A model generated the notes under the pieces. The model had not been told where the DNA came from and ran no database searches. It worked only from the letters and a program-made list of their open reading frames with translations. The position numbers and the translations under genes are program-made. Shown piece by piece: positions 36,864 to 46,010 of a stretch of 64,000 bases of DNA. The stretch is from an uncultured archaeon (GTDB taxonomy: Archaea; Thermoplasmatota; Poseidoniia; MGIII; CAYLMJ01): contig CAYLMJ010000001.1 in NCBI GenBank assembly GCA_964384995.1, positions 24,221 to 88,220 of the forward strand, read 5' to 3'. Numbering within the stretch: position 1 is the stretch's first letter; the number at the start of each line of letters is the position of its first letter.

Positions 36864-37730
36864 ATGGCCCAGCAAGTGCTCCTCAACTGCGCCGCCTCGG
36901 TGGACGGCCGCATCGCCCAGGCTGGCGGGGCCCAGACCACCCTGAGCAACCTGGCCGACCGCAGCCGGGTCCAGGCCCTGAGGGCCGGAAGCGACGCCGT
37001 GGTGGTGGGCTCGGGGACCATCCTCACCGATGACCCCCACCTGACCGTGAAGCCGGCCCTGACCGCCCGCTGGCTCAAGCTGGTGGCCGAGGAGCCGGAG
37101 CTGGCCGACTGGACCTGGCAGATCAGGGATGGCTGGACCAGGACCCTGACCGAACCGGGGGCGCTGGAGCGTTTCCTCACCCTGTCCGAGCGGCTCAAAG
37201 GCCAGCGGGCCGACGGCCTGGGTTCCAAGGAGCAGGAGCAGGCCCGGGAGCTGTGGGACCTCAATCCCCTGCGGGTCATCCTGGACGGCCAGGGGCGGAC
37301 GCCCAAGAAGGCCAACGTGGTGGACGCCCGGGCCCGGACCCTCATCTTCACCTCCCAGCTGGGCAGCGTCCAGCTCTGGGGCCGGTTCAACGGCTGGCCC
37401 AACGTGGAGGTGGTGCTCATGGACAAGGCCATGGAGGACGAGGGGGTCAACCTGAAGGGGGTCCAAAAGGGACTGGAGAGCCACGGTGTGGAGCGGGCCC
37501 TGGTGGAGGGCGGTTCCCGGATCCTGGGCTCCTACATGGCCGAGGGCATGGCCCAGACCCTGACCGTGTTCCACCGCCCCCAGCTTCTGGGCAGTGGTGG
37601 GGTGGCCCTGGCCGACATGACCGAGATGGCCTCCTCGGGTGAGGTGAACCTTGACCTGGAGGCGCTCAGGAGATTGCCAGCCCTGGAGCCCGATGACTGG
37701 GAGGGCTTCCTGGTCCGGTATCGCATCTGA
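36864..37730 (+). CDS. RibD C-terminal-domain (pyrimidine reductase) family protein with an internal insertion
   Basis: LLNCAASVDGRIA, VVVGSGTILTDDPHLTVK, LRVILDGQGR, ALVEGGSRILGSYM. About 70 extra residues lie between LTVKP and LRVILD. Confidence 0.8.
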   Translation: MAQQVLLNCAASVDGRIAQAGGAQTTLSNLADRSRVQALRAGSDAVVVGSGTILTDDPHLTVKPALTARWLKLVAEEPELADWTWQIRDGWTRTLTEPGALERFLTLSERLKGQRADGLGSKEQEQARELWDLNPLRVILDGQGRTPKKANVVDARARTLIFTSQLGSVQLWGRFNGWPNVEVVLMDKAMEDEGVNLKGVQKGLESHGVERALVEGGSRILGSYMAEGMAQTLTVFHRPQLLGSGGVALADMTEMASSGEVNLDLEALRRLPALEPDDWEGFLVRYRI

Positions 37731-37750
37731 TCCTTCCATCAAGGCCTCCG

Positions 37751-37883
37751 CCGAACATCCCGCACACCGAACATTCCCCGCACCGGACATCGCCTGGCAC
37801 AGCACTGGTCAACCCCTGACTCTGGGCCGATCATATCCTGACTCTGCGCTGGTGATATCCCCATCCCCCATCCGATGACATCC
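37751..37883. repeat. Drifting tandem repeats (3 x 16 bp, 2 x 22 bp, 2 x 7 bp)
   Basis: ccgaacatcccgcaca ccgaacattccccgca ccggacatcgcctggca. Then cctgactctgggccgatcatat cctgactctgcgctggtgatat. Then ccccatc ccccatc. Confidence 0.55.
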
Positions 37884-37924
37884 GGGTCTCAATGCTTTCT
37901 TAAACCACAGTCCAATATCTCCCC

Positions 37925-38560
37925 ATGACCCTCAAGGTGGCGGTGATGGCCTCGGGCGGGGGCACCGACTTTCAATCCCTCATCGATGCCCAGGCAAAGG
38001 GGGAACTGGCGGGCGCGGAACTGGTGGTGCTCATCACCAACAACCCTGAAGCCTATGCCCTGGAACGGGCCACCAAGGCCGGCATCCCCTCGGTGGTGAT
38101 ACCCCATCTGGGCAAGAGCCGCGAGGCCTTCGACGCCGAGGTGATGGAGAAGCTGGAGTGGTTCGGCCTCTCTCCCGGGACCAAGGGAGAGGGGCTGGTG
38201 GTCCTGGCTGGCTTCATGCGCCTGCTGTCCGCCGGCTTCGTGACCGCCTACAACCATCGGCTCATCAACATCCATCCCGCCTTGCTGCCCAGCTTTCCGG
38301 GCACCCATGCCCACCGGGATGTCCTGGCCTACGGTTGCAAGGTCTCGGGGTGCACGGTCCACTTCGTTGACGAGGGCACCGATTCGGGGCCGGTCATCCT
38401 GCAGAGGACCGTACCGGTGCTGGAGGGGGATGACGAGGCCAGCCTGGGGGCCCGGGTCCTGGTGGAGGAGCACAAGGCCCTGCCCGAGGCCGTGCGCCTC
38501 TTCGCCACCGGCCGCCTGACCCTCGAGGGACGTATCGTTCACGTGACACCCCCGGCCTGA
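37925..38560 (+). CDS. purN: Phosphoribosylglycinamide formyltransferase
   Basis: VAVMASGGGTDFQSL, LAGFMRLL, NIHPALLPSFPG, GCTVHFVDEGTDSGPVILQ. Confidence 0.95.
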   Translation: MTLKVAVMASGGGTDFQSLIDAQAKGELAGAELVVLITNNPEAYALERATKAGIPSVVIPHLGKSREAFDAEVMEKLEWFGLSPGTKGEGLVVLAGFMRLLSAGFVTAYNHRLINIHPALLPSFPGTHAHRDVLAYGCKVSGCTVHFVDEGTDSGPVILQRTVPVLEGDDEASLGARVLVEEHKALPEAVRLFATGRLTLEGRIVHVTPPA

Positions 38561-38648
38561 GCGGACCTCCCGCCACCCCGGTCAACCCTGTTCCGGGTAA
38601 ATGGCCCTTATCAGAGCCCATAAATAGTCCTAAGCCCAATTTTACCCA

Positions 38649-41099
38649 ATGCGAAAGGCCACGACCTGGTGGGGACCCATACCCATAGCCCTCGTGACCG
38701 GGGTAGCGCTCCTGGTCCTGATGCTGTTCCTGATGGTCCTGGCGGCACCGGGTGGAAAGGCGGCCTCGCGTTCCGATGCAACTCCCCTGGTCGAAGACAA
38801 TGACGAGGTTGTCGGCGATGTGGACAAGTTCATGGAACAGTGTTGCGGTCTCTTCGTGGTCCTGGGGGCCATCTGGATCTCCTGGTCCTACTTCAGACGC
38901 TACTTCACGCGCAACAGCCTGGAGCGGGAGCTGGAGGAGCTCCATCGCATGCTCTCAGGGATCTCCCACACCATGCCCGTCCACAGCCTGGAGCAGGCCT
39001 ACCTGGCTCCCGGATACCGCGCTCTGGCCAACAAACACCACCGGGGGATGAAGATGGGGCTTCGTCTGGCCCGGGAGGGCAAGGAGAAGGTCAAGCGACT
39101 GGGTACCGACAACCAGCGCCTGCGCCATGTGCTCATGGAGGCCCAGAAGGCCTACCAGGAGTGCCGGGCCACCGGTTCCAACCCCGACCCCCTGCCCCTG
39201 AAGCAGGCCCAGAACGCCGCCAACCAGGGGCTTCCGGCCAACCAGGTCCATGATCTGGCCAGCCGGGCCCTGGAGACCTACCGGGGCTTCCTGGAGGTCT
39301 GCGAGGATGTGCGCCACACCCTGGAGGAGCTGGCCCACGAGATCGAGCGGGTAAAACCCTACCTGGCCGTGGCCCAGGCCCGCACCAACCTGAACCAGGG
39401 AAAGGCCGCCTGGCTTTCTGGGAAGATCGACCTGGCCGACCGCCTGGCCTACAGCAGTCTGAACCAGCTGCGCACCGACCTCAAGCAGGCCGAGCCCGAG
39501 CTGGTGGCCCAGATCGAGCGCAAGATACCAGCGGGTCTCTGGTTCCGCACCAAGCTCAAGATATCCAACGTGGGACGGGCCCATGCCCGGGAGGTCAGGG
39601 TCCGCCTGGAGGGGATCGAGTCCCAGCCCCTGCCCGCCGTGGAGAGCCTGCCGGCCGGGGAGACCGTGAAGCTGGATGTGGCCCTGAGGACCGCCCAGCC
39701 CGGCACCATCCCCCTGACCATCATCCTCACCGGCGCCCGCATCTACGACAACGGCCTGGTATCGTGCGAGCAGAGCGAATGGCTGGAGGTGGGTGTCGGA
39801 CCCCAGGCCGAGGCCCCGCCGGCGGACCAGCAATGGCAGGCCCCCAAACCTGTCGAGCCCGAGACCCCGGTGAAGCTCCTTCGGGAGCACGAGTTCTACA
39901 GGGGCTACGTGAGGGTGAAGGTGGCGGCCCACAACCGGACGGACACCGTGGTCACCGATGCCGCCGTGGAGCTCCATTTCGACGAGCAGGCCTTCCGCCT
40001 GGACCATGTGGAGCCCGAGTTCCGCGTGCTGGGCACCAAGGCCGTTCTGGGCAACCTGGGTCCGGGACAGAAACGGACCCTGGCCTTCTACCTGGACCCC
40101 CTCATCTGCACCCGTTCCCAGCTGGATGGCACCCTGGTCTACAAGGACATCCAGGGCAAATTGCACCTGGCCAAGATGCGCTCCAAGCAGGTGGAGGTCA
40201 TCTGCCCCATCTTCGTCACCCCCGAGAGTGCCAACGTGGCCACCCTGACCAACCTGGTGGGGGAGGTCCTGGAGCATTCCGATTCCAAGGTCTACAACCT
40301 GCCTCCTGCACTGGGACCGGCCGAGGCCTTCCTTCTGGCCCGGGAGGTACTGGGAGGACGGGAGATCCAGCATGTGCGCAACTTCTGCACCCCCCAGCCC
40401 TACACCGCCGAGGCCTGGTATTACGGCAAGACCAAGGTCAAGGGCCACGAGCTGGTGATGCGGGTGGCGGTGGACGAATCCACCAACTCCATCGAGCTCT
40501 TCGCCGCGGCCCCGGCCCAGGAGCCCCTAACCGGACTGCTGGCCGAGCTGGGTCACGACCTTCACGAACGGATGGAAGCCAGGGGCTGGCCGGTCAAGCA
40601 GGTCACCAACGTCACCATCCGCGACAGCGTCCTCAACCGCACCTCACTGCTCTTCAACCCACCGGAGGAGGCCCAGGAGGTGAAGGAGGCCAACGGGTCC
40701 ACCACCCTCACCGCGGTCTGTCCGGAGGATGGTCTCGATTTGCTGGGTGAAGAGGAGCAACCAGCCGGCGGCAGTAGCAAAGCGGGATCGCCGGCCGACC
40801 GCGAGGTCAATATCAGCATCGAGGATTCGGTGGTGAATCGAAGCGACATCACCACCGAACAAGACCTCTTGGAGACTCACGAAGGGACCAATGGCAGAGC
40901 ACCCGAATCGGTGGGACAGCCAGACCGAACCGACGAGGGACGACCCGAACCTGACATGGGAACGACCTTGACGGACTCCGACCCGGAGCCGGATGAAGAG
41001 GAAGCTCGGGCGGCAAAGAAGAGGCGCAAGCGGGGACGCCCCAACAGCCTGGACGAGGGATTGGAGAAACTGCGGGAGATCGAGCGGGAACTCTCTTAG
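38649..41099 (+). CDS. Membrane-anchored, mostly cytoplasmic 816-aa protein: 2 TM, long helical region, two beta-sandwich-like segments, alpha/beta segment, acidic tail with an AT-hook-like KRGRP
   Basis: TM1 aa 9-33 and TM2 aa 65-82. CARDB-like KISNVGRAHAREVRVRLEG ... GETVKLDVAL. A second module at aa 412-645 resembles the cytoplasmic end of the giant protein. Duplicated V.N(V/I)(T/S)I(R/E)DSV(L/V)NR(T/S) motif. TATA-like cataaatag lies about 25 nt upstream. Confidence 0.8.
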   Translation: MRKATTWWGPIPIALVTGVALLVLMLFLMVLAAPGGKAASRSDATPLVEDNDEVVGDVDKFMEQCCGLFVVLGAIWISWSYFRRYFTRNSLERELEELHRMLSGISHTMPVHSLEQAYLAPGYRALANKHHRGMKMGLRLAREGKEKVKRLGTDNQRLRHVLMEAQKAYQECRATGSNPDPLPLKQAQNAANQGLPANQVHDLASRALETYRGFLEVCEDVRHTLEELAHEIERVKPYLAVAQARTNLNQGKAAWLSGKIDLADRLAYSSLNQLRTDLKQAEPELVAQIERKIPAGLWFRTKLKISNVGRAHAREVRVRLEGIESQPLPAVESLPAGETVKLDVALRTAQPGTIPLTIILTGARIYDNGLVSCEQSEWLEVGVGPQAEAPPADQQWQAPKPVEPETPVKLLREHEFYRGYVRVKVAAHNRTDTVVTDAAVELHFDEQAFRLDHVEPEFRVLGTKAVLGNLGPGQKRTLAFYLDPLICTRSQLDGTLVYKDIQGKLHLAKMRSKQVEVICPIFVTPESANVATLTNLVGEVLEHSDSKVYNLPPALGPAEAFLLAREVLGGREIQHVRNFCTPQPYTAEAWYYGKTKVKGHELVMRVAVDESTNSIELFAAAPAQEPLTGLLAELGHDLHERMEARGWPVKQVTNVTIRDSVLNRTSLLFNPPEEAQEVKEANGSTTLTAVCPEDGLDLLGEEEQPAGGSSKAGSPADREVNISIEDSVVNRSDITTEQDLLETHEGTNGRAPESVGQPDRTDEGRPEPDMGTTLTDSDPEPDEEEARAAKKRRKRGRPNSLDEGLEKLREIERELS

Positions 41100-41233
41100 G
41101 ACCGTCCCCGGTCTTTTCAGAGACATGCCAGGGCCCAATGTTCAACCCCGGCCAGTTCCCGCTTCCTCTTGATGCCCTACCCCACCCAATCCCTTATATC
41201 GAGGGGCAATCTGGCCATTTGCGGAGAAGAGCC

Positions 41234-41827
41234 ATGGTGGATTTCGACCGCCTGATGGCCCTGGGAGATCTTGAGGGCCTCTACGAACTGCTGGACCACA
41301 GCGACCCCGCCACCCGCGGTCAGGCGGTTCAGGTCCTCGGTGAGCTGGGCCGGCCCAAGGCGGCTGCCCGTCTGGTGAAAGCCCTCTCGGATGAGGTCTG
41401 GGAGGTCCGCCAGGCCGCCAAGGAGGCCCTCATCAACCTGGGCGAGGCGACCCTGCCCGAACTGGAGGCGGTCCTGAAAGGTTCCGATGGCGATGTGCGG
41501 CGCTGGTGCGGCGAGACCATCTGCGCCATCGGCGGCCCGGCCACCTACGACATGCTCAGGAACCTGCTCAGGGACCCCGACGACCCTCGCCTGCGCATCG
41601 CCGCGGCGGAGGCCCTGGGGATGACCCGGGAGACCTTCACCATGGAGGTCCTGCTCCGGGCCCTGAAGGACGACTCCTGGGAGGTCCGCCAGGTGGCTCT
41701 GAAGGGGCTGGGACGGCTGGGGGACAAGGAGGCGTTGAAGCCCATCCGGAAGGTGCTGGCCAACGAAAGCAACGGCAAGGTCCAGACCACCGGCGAGACC
41801 GTGGTGGAACAGCTGGAACTGCTCTGA
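41234..41827 (+). CDS. HEAT-repeat (PBS-lyase HEAT-like) protein
   Basis: Repeated D ... VR ... A ... ALG ... A ... LL ... L.D units (SDEVWEVRQAAKEAL, DGDVRRWCGETI, DPRLRIAAAEALG, DSWEVRQVALKGLG). ATG 41234 was chosen. The track start 41138 would add a Pro-rich leader. Confidence 0.8.
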   Translation: MVDFDRLMALGDLEGLYELLDHSDPATRGQAVQVLGELGRPKAAARLVKALSDEVWEVRQAAKEALINLGEATLPELEAVLKGSDGDVRRWCGETICAIGGPATYDMLRNLLRDPDDPRLRIAAAEALGMTRETFTMEVLLRALKDDSWEVRQVALKGLGRLGDKEALKPIRKVLANESNGKVQTTGETVVEQLELL

Positions 41828-41938
41828 CCGGACCGAGCCATCCCATCACCACCGGATGCTCCGGGTCTGTCAACCATCTTCACCGAAGAGGGTATAAGCC
41901 ACCAGGGCCCATTACCGCTATCTGCCAGGTGGAAATCC

Positions 41939-43426
41939 ATGCCGACCGACTATGAGAAGTTCATCAAGCGCGTGAGGGAGATCAAGCACCTCGAATCGGT
42001 GGCCGGAATCCTGGGCTGGGACCAGGAGACCATCATGCCCGTCAAGGGAGGCAAGGCGCGGGCCGAGGCCCTGGCCTGTCTCTCCTCCATCAGCCATGCC
42101 AAGATAACCGACCCCGAACTGGGAAAACTGCTGAATACCCTCGAGAGCGCAGAGCTGGAGCCCGACCAGGCGGTGAACGTGCGTGAGCTCCGCCGGGAAT
42201 ACGACAAGGCCACCAAACTGCCCACTGATCTGGTGGAGGAGCTGGCCCGCACCCGTTCACTGGCCCAGCAGGTATGGCAGGAGGCCCGGGAGCGCAAGGA
42301 CTTCGATCACTTCATCAAGACCCTGGAGAAGATGGTGGGATTGACCCGCCAGGTGGCTGAATGCTACGGCTACGAGAAGGAGCCCTACGACGCCCTGCTG
42401 GACATCTACGAGCCGGGGCTCACGGCGGCCCAGGCGGGTCCAATGTTCGCCGGGCTCAGGGAGCGCATCGTGCCCCTGGTGCAGGCCATCGCCGAATCGG
42501 GTGGTGACCAGCCCACCCTGGCGGGGACCTTCTCCCAGAGCGCCCAGGATGAACTGGGACGCTTCGTCGCCAAAGCCATCGGCTTCGACTTCGAGGCCGG
42601 ACGGATGGACATCTCGACCCACCCGTTCTGCTCGGGCCTCAACCCCGGTGACGTGCGTTTCACCACCCGCTACAACGAGTCCGAGCCCTTCAGCTCCCTC
42701 TTCGCCATCATGCACGAGACCGGCCACTCCCTCTACGAGCAGGGGCTGCTGGAGGAGCATCTGGCAACGCCCATGGGCACCTCGGTGTCGCTGGGCATCC
42801 ACGAGTCCCAGTCCCGCACCTGGGAGAACCTGGTGGGCCGCAGCCGTTCCTTCGCCGACTACCTTCTGCCCCACTTCCAGAAAGCCTTCCCCAACCTTCC
42901 GGGGGATTTCGACGCCGAATTCCTCTACCGCTCGGTGAACCAGGTCAAGCCCAGCTTCATCCGGGTGGAGGCCGATGAGGTGACCTACAACCTGCACATC
43001 CTGATGCGCTTCGAGCTGGAGCGGGAGCTGGTGAACGGCGAGCTGGACCTGACCACCCTGCCCAAGCTGTGGGACAGCCGGATGGAGCAGTACCTGGGCG
43101 TGACCCCGCCCGACGTGGCTCTGGGGGTCCTCCAGGACATCCACTGGTCCATGGGCTACATCGGCTACTTCCCCACCTACACCCTGGGCAACCTTTACGG
43201 CGCCCAGTTCATGGAGACCATCCGCAAAGCCCTGCCTGACCTGGATGAGCAGATAGCCAAGGGCGATTTCGGTCCCCTGCTGGAGTGGCAGAGGGAGAAC
43301 ATCCACACCCAGGGCATGCGCTACCGGGCCAGAGAGCTAGTGGAAGTGGTGACCGGAAAGGAACCCACAAGCGAGCCCTTCCTGAAATACCTGAAGACCA
43401 AGTTCGAGACGCTGTACGGACTGTAG
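41939..43426 (+). CDS. M32 (Taq-type) metallocarboxypeptidase
   Basis: GILGWDQETIMP, HPF, HETGHSLYEQG (HExxH), IRVEADEVTYNLHI, DIHWS.G.IGYFPTYTLG. Confidence 0.95.
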   Translation: MPTDYEKFIKRVREIKHLESVAGILGWDQETIMPVKGGKARAEALACLSSISHAKITDPELGKLLNTLESAELEPDQAVNVRELRREYDKATKLPTDLVEELARTRSLAQQVWQEARERKDFDHFIKTLEKMVGLTRQVAECYGYEKEPYDALLDIYEPGLTAAQAGPMFAGLRERIVPLVQAIAESGGDQPTLAGTFSQSAQDELGRFVAKAIGFDFEAGRMDISTHPFCSGLNPGDVRFTTRYNESEPFSSLFAIMHETGHSLYEQGLLEEHLATPMGTSVSLGIHESQSRTWENLVGRSRSFADYLLPHFQKAFPNLPGDFDAEFLYRSVNQVKPSFIRVEADEVTYNLHILMRFELERELVNGELDLTTLPKLWDSRMEQYLGVTPPDVALGVLQDIHWSMGYIGYFPTYTLGNLYGAQFMETIRKALPDLDEQIAKGDFGPLLEWQRENIHTQGMRYRARELVEVVTGKEPTSEPFLKYLKTKFETLYGL

Positions 43427-43561
43427 TGCTGCTGGTGGTCAAGCCTGCTTTAATTGACGTTCTGCCTCTTCGAGGGTGACCCAGTCCTCGAATTCCGTAT
43501 CCTCCATCCGCCTATTGTGGATCTTCAGGAGCTTGGTGTGTAGTCTTCTGGCATCTAGAAG

Positions 43562-45766
43562 TCACTGAGTGTCGATGACCCAGTGGACATCCTCGGTGAT
43601 GTTCTCGACGGTGACCCAGGCGGTGTACTCGCCATCCTCCAGGTCGTAGAGATGGAGATAGCCGTAGACGTTGGTGTAGCCCACGACCTCGTTCCCCATG
43701 TGAACGGCCACATCATCTATGCCGTAGCCGTTGGCGTTGGTCACCCGCAGACGAACATCGTCCATTGTCCCGTCCTGGCCGCCGGCGAAGACCTCGGCGG
43801 TTAAGGTGATGGTGGGTTCCGGTTCCTCGATGACGAAGGTCACGACGTACTCTTGGTCCTCGGGATCGATGGTCCAGGCCGTGTAGGTGCCCGGCTCCCA
43901 GTCGTAGATGTGGTGGTAATAGATACCGTTGTAAGTGGTATGGCCCAGAAGCTCATCGCCAACGTAGATGGGTGCCTCGTCTATGGGCTCGCCCTCCTCG
44001 TCCTTGACCGTGAACTGGGCATAGTAGCGCTGTTGGACCTTGACGGTGAAGACCCAGGGGGAGGGTTCGGGATCGGGCTCCTCCTCGACGAAGAACTCGG
44101 CCTCGGCCTCGTAGACGTCGCCATAAGGTGATTCCCAGCGGGCGGTGACCCAGTGCTCGCCGGGCTCGGGGTCGCCCAGGGAGATTACGCCGTGCTCGTT
44201 GGTCTGGCCAAGGTAGGTCCCGTCCAGCTTGACATTGGCGCCTTGGATGCGGTGCTCGCCGACACCCACGATGGCGATCAGGCCCAGATCACCCTCTGTC
44301 ACCTCGATCCACATGTGGGGTGGCTCGGGTTCAGGTTCCACCTCCTCCAGCTCGATGGTCACGACGGTGGGTTTGCCGGCGATTACCTCGACGATGACCT
44401 CGGCCACATGGTAATCCTCGTGGCTGACCCGCAGTTCCCATTCACCGGCGGGCACCTCGCCGAAGCGGAAGCCGCCACGCTCACAGGTCTCGGTGCGGGC
44501 GAACTCCTCCCGCCAGTTGTCGGCGGGACGCAGCTGGACCAGGGCTCCGTGGACACGCCACTCCTCATCATCGTTGAAGCCGATGACCACACCCTCGATG
44601 ACGCCGAACCTCGGTTCGGGGTCGGGATCGTCCCGGGGCTCGACCCAGAACTCCCGCTCGACCCACATCTCACCGTATCCGACCTCGACCCAGTGGTCGC
44701 CGCCCCGCTCGACGCGGTAGTCGGCCAGGCCTCGGGGTCCGGTCTCGCCGGCTCTCTGGCCGTCCACAATGACCTTGGCCCCTTCCACAGGGGCCCCATC
44801 GGGGCCGTAGACGTGGATCAGGACCAGCTCGGTGAAGCCGTCGTCGTCACGGTCCAGGAGCTCTATCTTCAGTTCCAGGCGCTCCTTGGGCGGCTCGGGG
44901 GGTTCGGGCCCCTCCTTTAGGCAGAACTTGGTCTGGGCCCATGACCAGCGGTCGCCGGGCTGATAGAGGGCTTTGACCACATGACAGCCCTCCTTGGCCT
45001 CGTCGAGCCAGAGCCAGCCCTGCTCGTTGGTGATGAAGGGGCGGGGCAGGTTGTCCATCCAGATGGCCACACCCGGCAGGGGGCCGTTGGGACCACCGGC
45101 GAGGATCAATACACCCTCCTGGGTCACCACCGCGGTCACCCAGAGCTTGAAGTCATGCTGGGGCCGCTCATCACGGTATGGACGGTCGGTGCCATCGGGT
45201 CGGACATTGGGGTCGCGGTCAGGATCGCCCAGAAGCTCCCTGAGCCGCTGACAGTACTGCTGGCGTTCCCGGTCACGTTCGCCCTGGCGCTCCCGTTGGC
45301 GCTGGCAATCGCTGTTTGTATCGTCACAGTTGGGCCGATCCCGGTCGGGATAGTCGTTGCCGGGACGGTCGTCGGGACGGCTGTTGGGATCTCCATCCTG
45401 ATAGTACTGGCCGTTGGCGTTGGCCTTGCCGTAATGGCCTCCCTCCTCGTCGCAGTCCCAGAAGAACTGCCCATTCTCATCGAGGTCCCAATCGTACTCG
45501 CCACTGGCAGCGGGATCGTTGTACTTGCCCTCCTTGGTTCGTTCCTTTCCCGAACTATACCATTCAGATTTGGGGTCGTCGGGGTCGGTGTTGGGATCTT
45601 GACCCTTCTTCCGGTCATCGGAATTGGTGTTCTCCCTGGTCTGATCACCAAGGTCATCGGCAGTGTCATTCGACGGGTTCTCCGCCACCACCAGGGCCGC
45701 ACCGGAAGCCAGCAATAGGCCGGAAAGGATTAGCACCAGCAGTTGATTGGAACCAAGGGCAGGCAT
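43562..45766 (-). CDS. Secreted protein with an Asp/Pro/Asn/Arg-rich calcium-binding-like N-region and repeated carboxypeptidase-regulatory-like beta-sandwich domains
   Basis: Signal peptide LLVLILSGLLLASGAALVVA. DPNTDPDD / DGDPNSRPDD / DPDRDPNVRPDG repeats. Repeated G.V.G.V ... G..V....G....T...G.F....PG.Y modules. Confidence 0.8.
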   Translation of the reverse strand: MPALGSNQLLVLILSGLLLASGAALVVAENPSNDTADDLGDQTRENTNSDDRKKGQDPNTDPDDPKSEWYSSGKERTKEGKYNDPAASGEYDWDLDENGQFFWDCDEEGGHYGKANANGQYYQDGDPNSRPDDRPGNDYPDRDRPNCDDTNSDCQRQRERQGERDRERQQYCQRLRELLGDPDRDPNVRPDGTDRPYRDERPQHDFKLWVTAVVTQEGVLILAGGPNGPLPGVAIWMDNLPRPFITNEQGWLWLDEAKEGCHVVKALYQPGDRWSWAQTKFCLKEGPEPPEPPKERLELKIELLDRDDDGFTELVLIHVYGPDGAPVEGAKVIVDGQRAGETGPRGLADYRVERGGDHWVEVGYGEMWVEREFWVEPRDDPDPEPRFGVIEGVVIGFNDDEEWRVHGALVQLRPADNWREEFARTETCERGGFRFGEVPAGEWELRVSHEDYHVAEVIVEVIAGKPTVVTIELEEVEPEPEPPHMWIEVTEGDLGLIAIVGVGEHRIQGANVKLDGTYLGQTNEHGVISLGDPEPGEHWVTARWESPYGDVYEAEAEFFVEEEPDPEPSPWVFTVKVQQRYYAQFTVKDEEGEPIDEAPIYVGDELLGHTTYNGIYYHHIYDWEPGTYTAWTIDPEDQEYVVTFVIEEPEPTITLTAEVFAGGQDGTMDDVRLRVTNANGYGIDDVAVHMGNEVVGYTNVYGYLHLYDLEDGEYTAWVTVENITEDVHWVIDTQ

Positions 45767-45784
45767 AATTATCCCATCTGCCCC

Positions 45785-45808
45785 AACCTCTTAAGTTATA
45801 AAGAGGTT
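45785..45808. promoter_or_regulatory. Perfect 8-bp inverted repeat AACCTCTT-aagttata-AAGAGGTT enclosing a TATA-like TTATAAA, about 33 nt upstream of the minus-strand start at 45766
   Basis: Read directly in the divergent 244-bp spacer. A second TATA-like aatatata lies about 39 nt upstream of ATG 46011. Confidence 0.4.
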
Positions 45809-46010
45809 CTGGAGTGGTTATTTGCATGTGGAATCCGGGTTGCAGGATAAGATGTCCAATGGTTTGCGGGACCGAGGGAGAACCGAAGGTCAAAAATGCC
45901 CAAGAACGACGAAATAAGGACGAACAGGGAATAACTTTCATCCATTCAACCACAATGGGGAACCAAGGAATATATAGCGGGCCCGGCTGGTCAGCAACAG
46001 AAGCGTTCCC

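Noticed and set aside
43427-43561. In-frame continuation after the stop of the 734-aa gene (LLDARRLHTKLLKIHNRRMEDTEFEDWVTLEEAERQLKQA) as a readthrough extension or small gene
   Set aside because: No canonical start exists except an internal ATG that gives 22 aa, and there is no support for stop-codon readthrough. The region is more simply a convergent-gene spacer with a short hairpin (cttct-ggcatc-tagaag).
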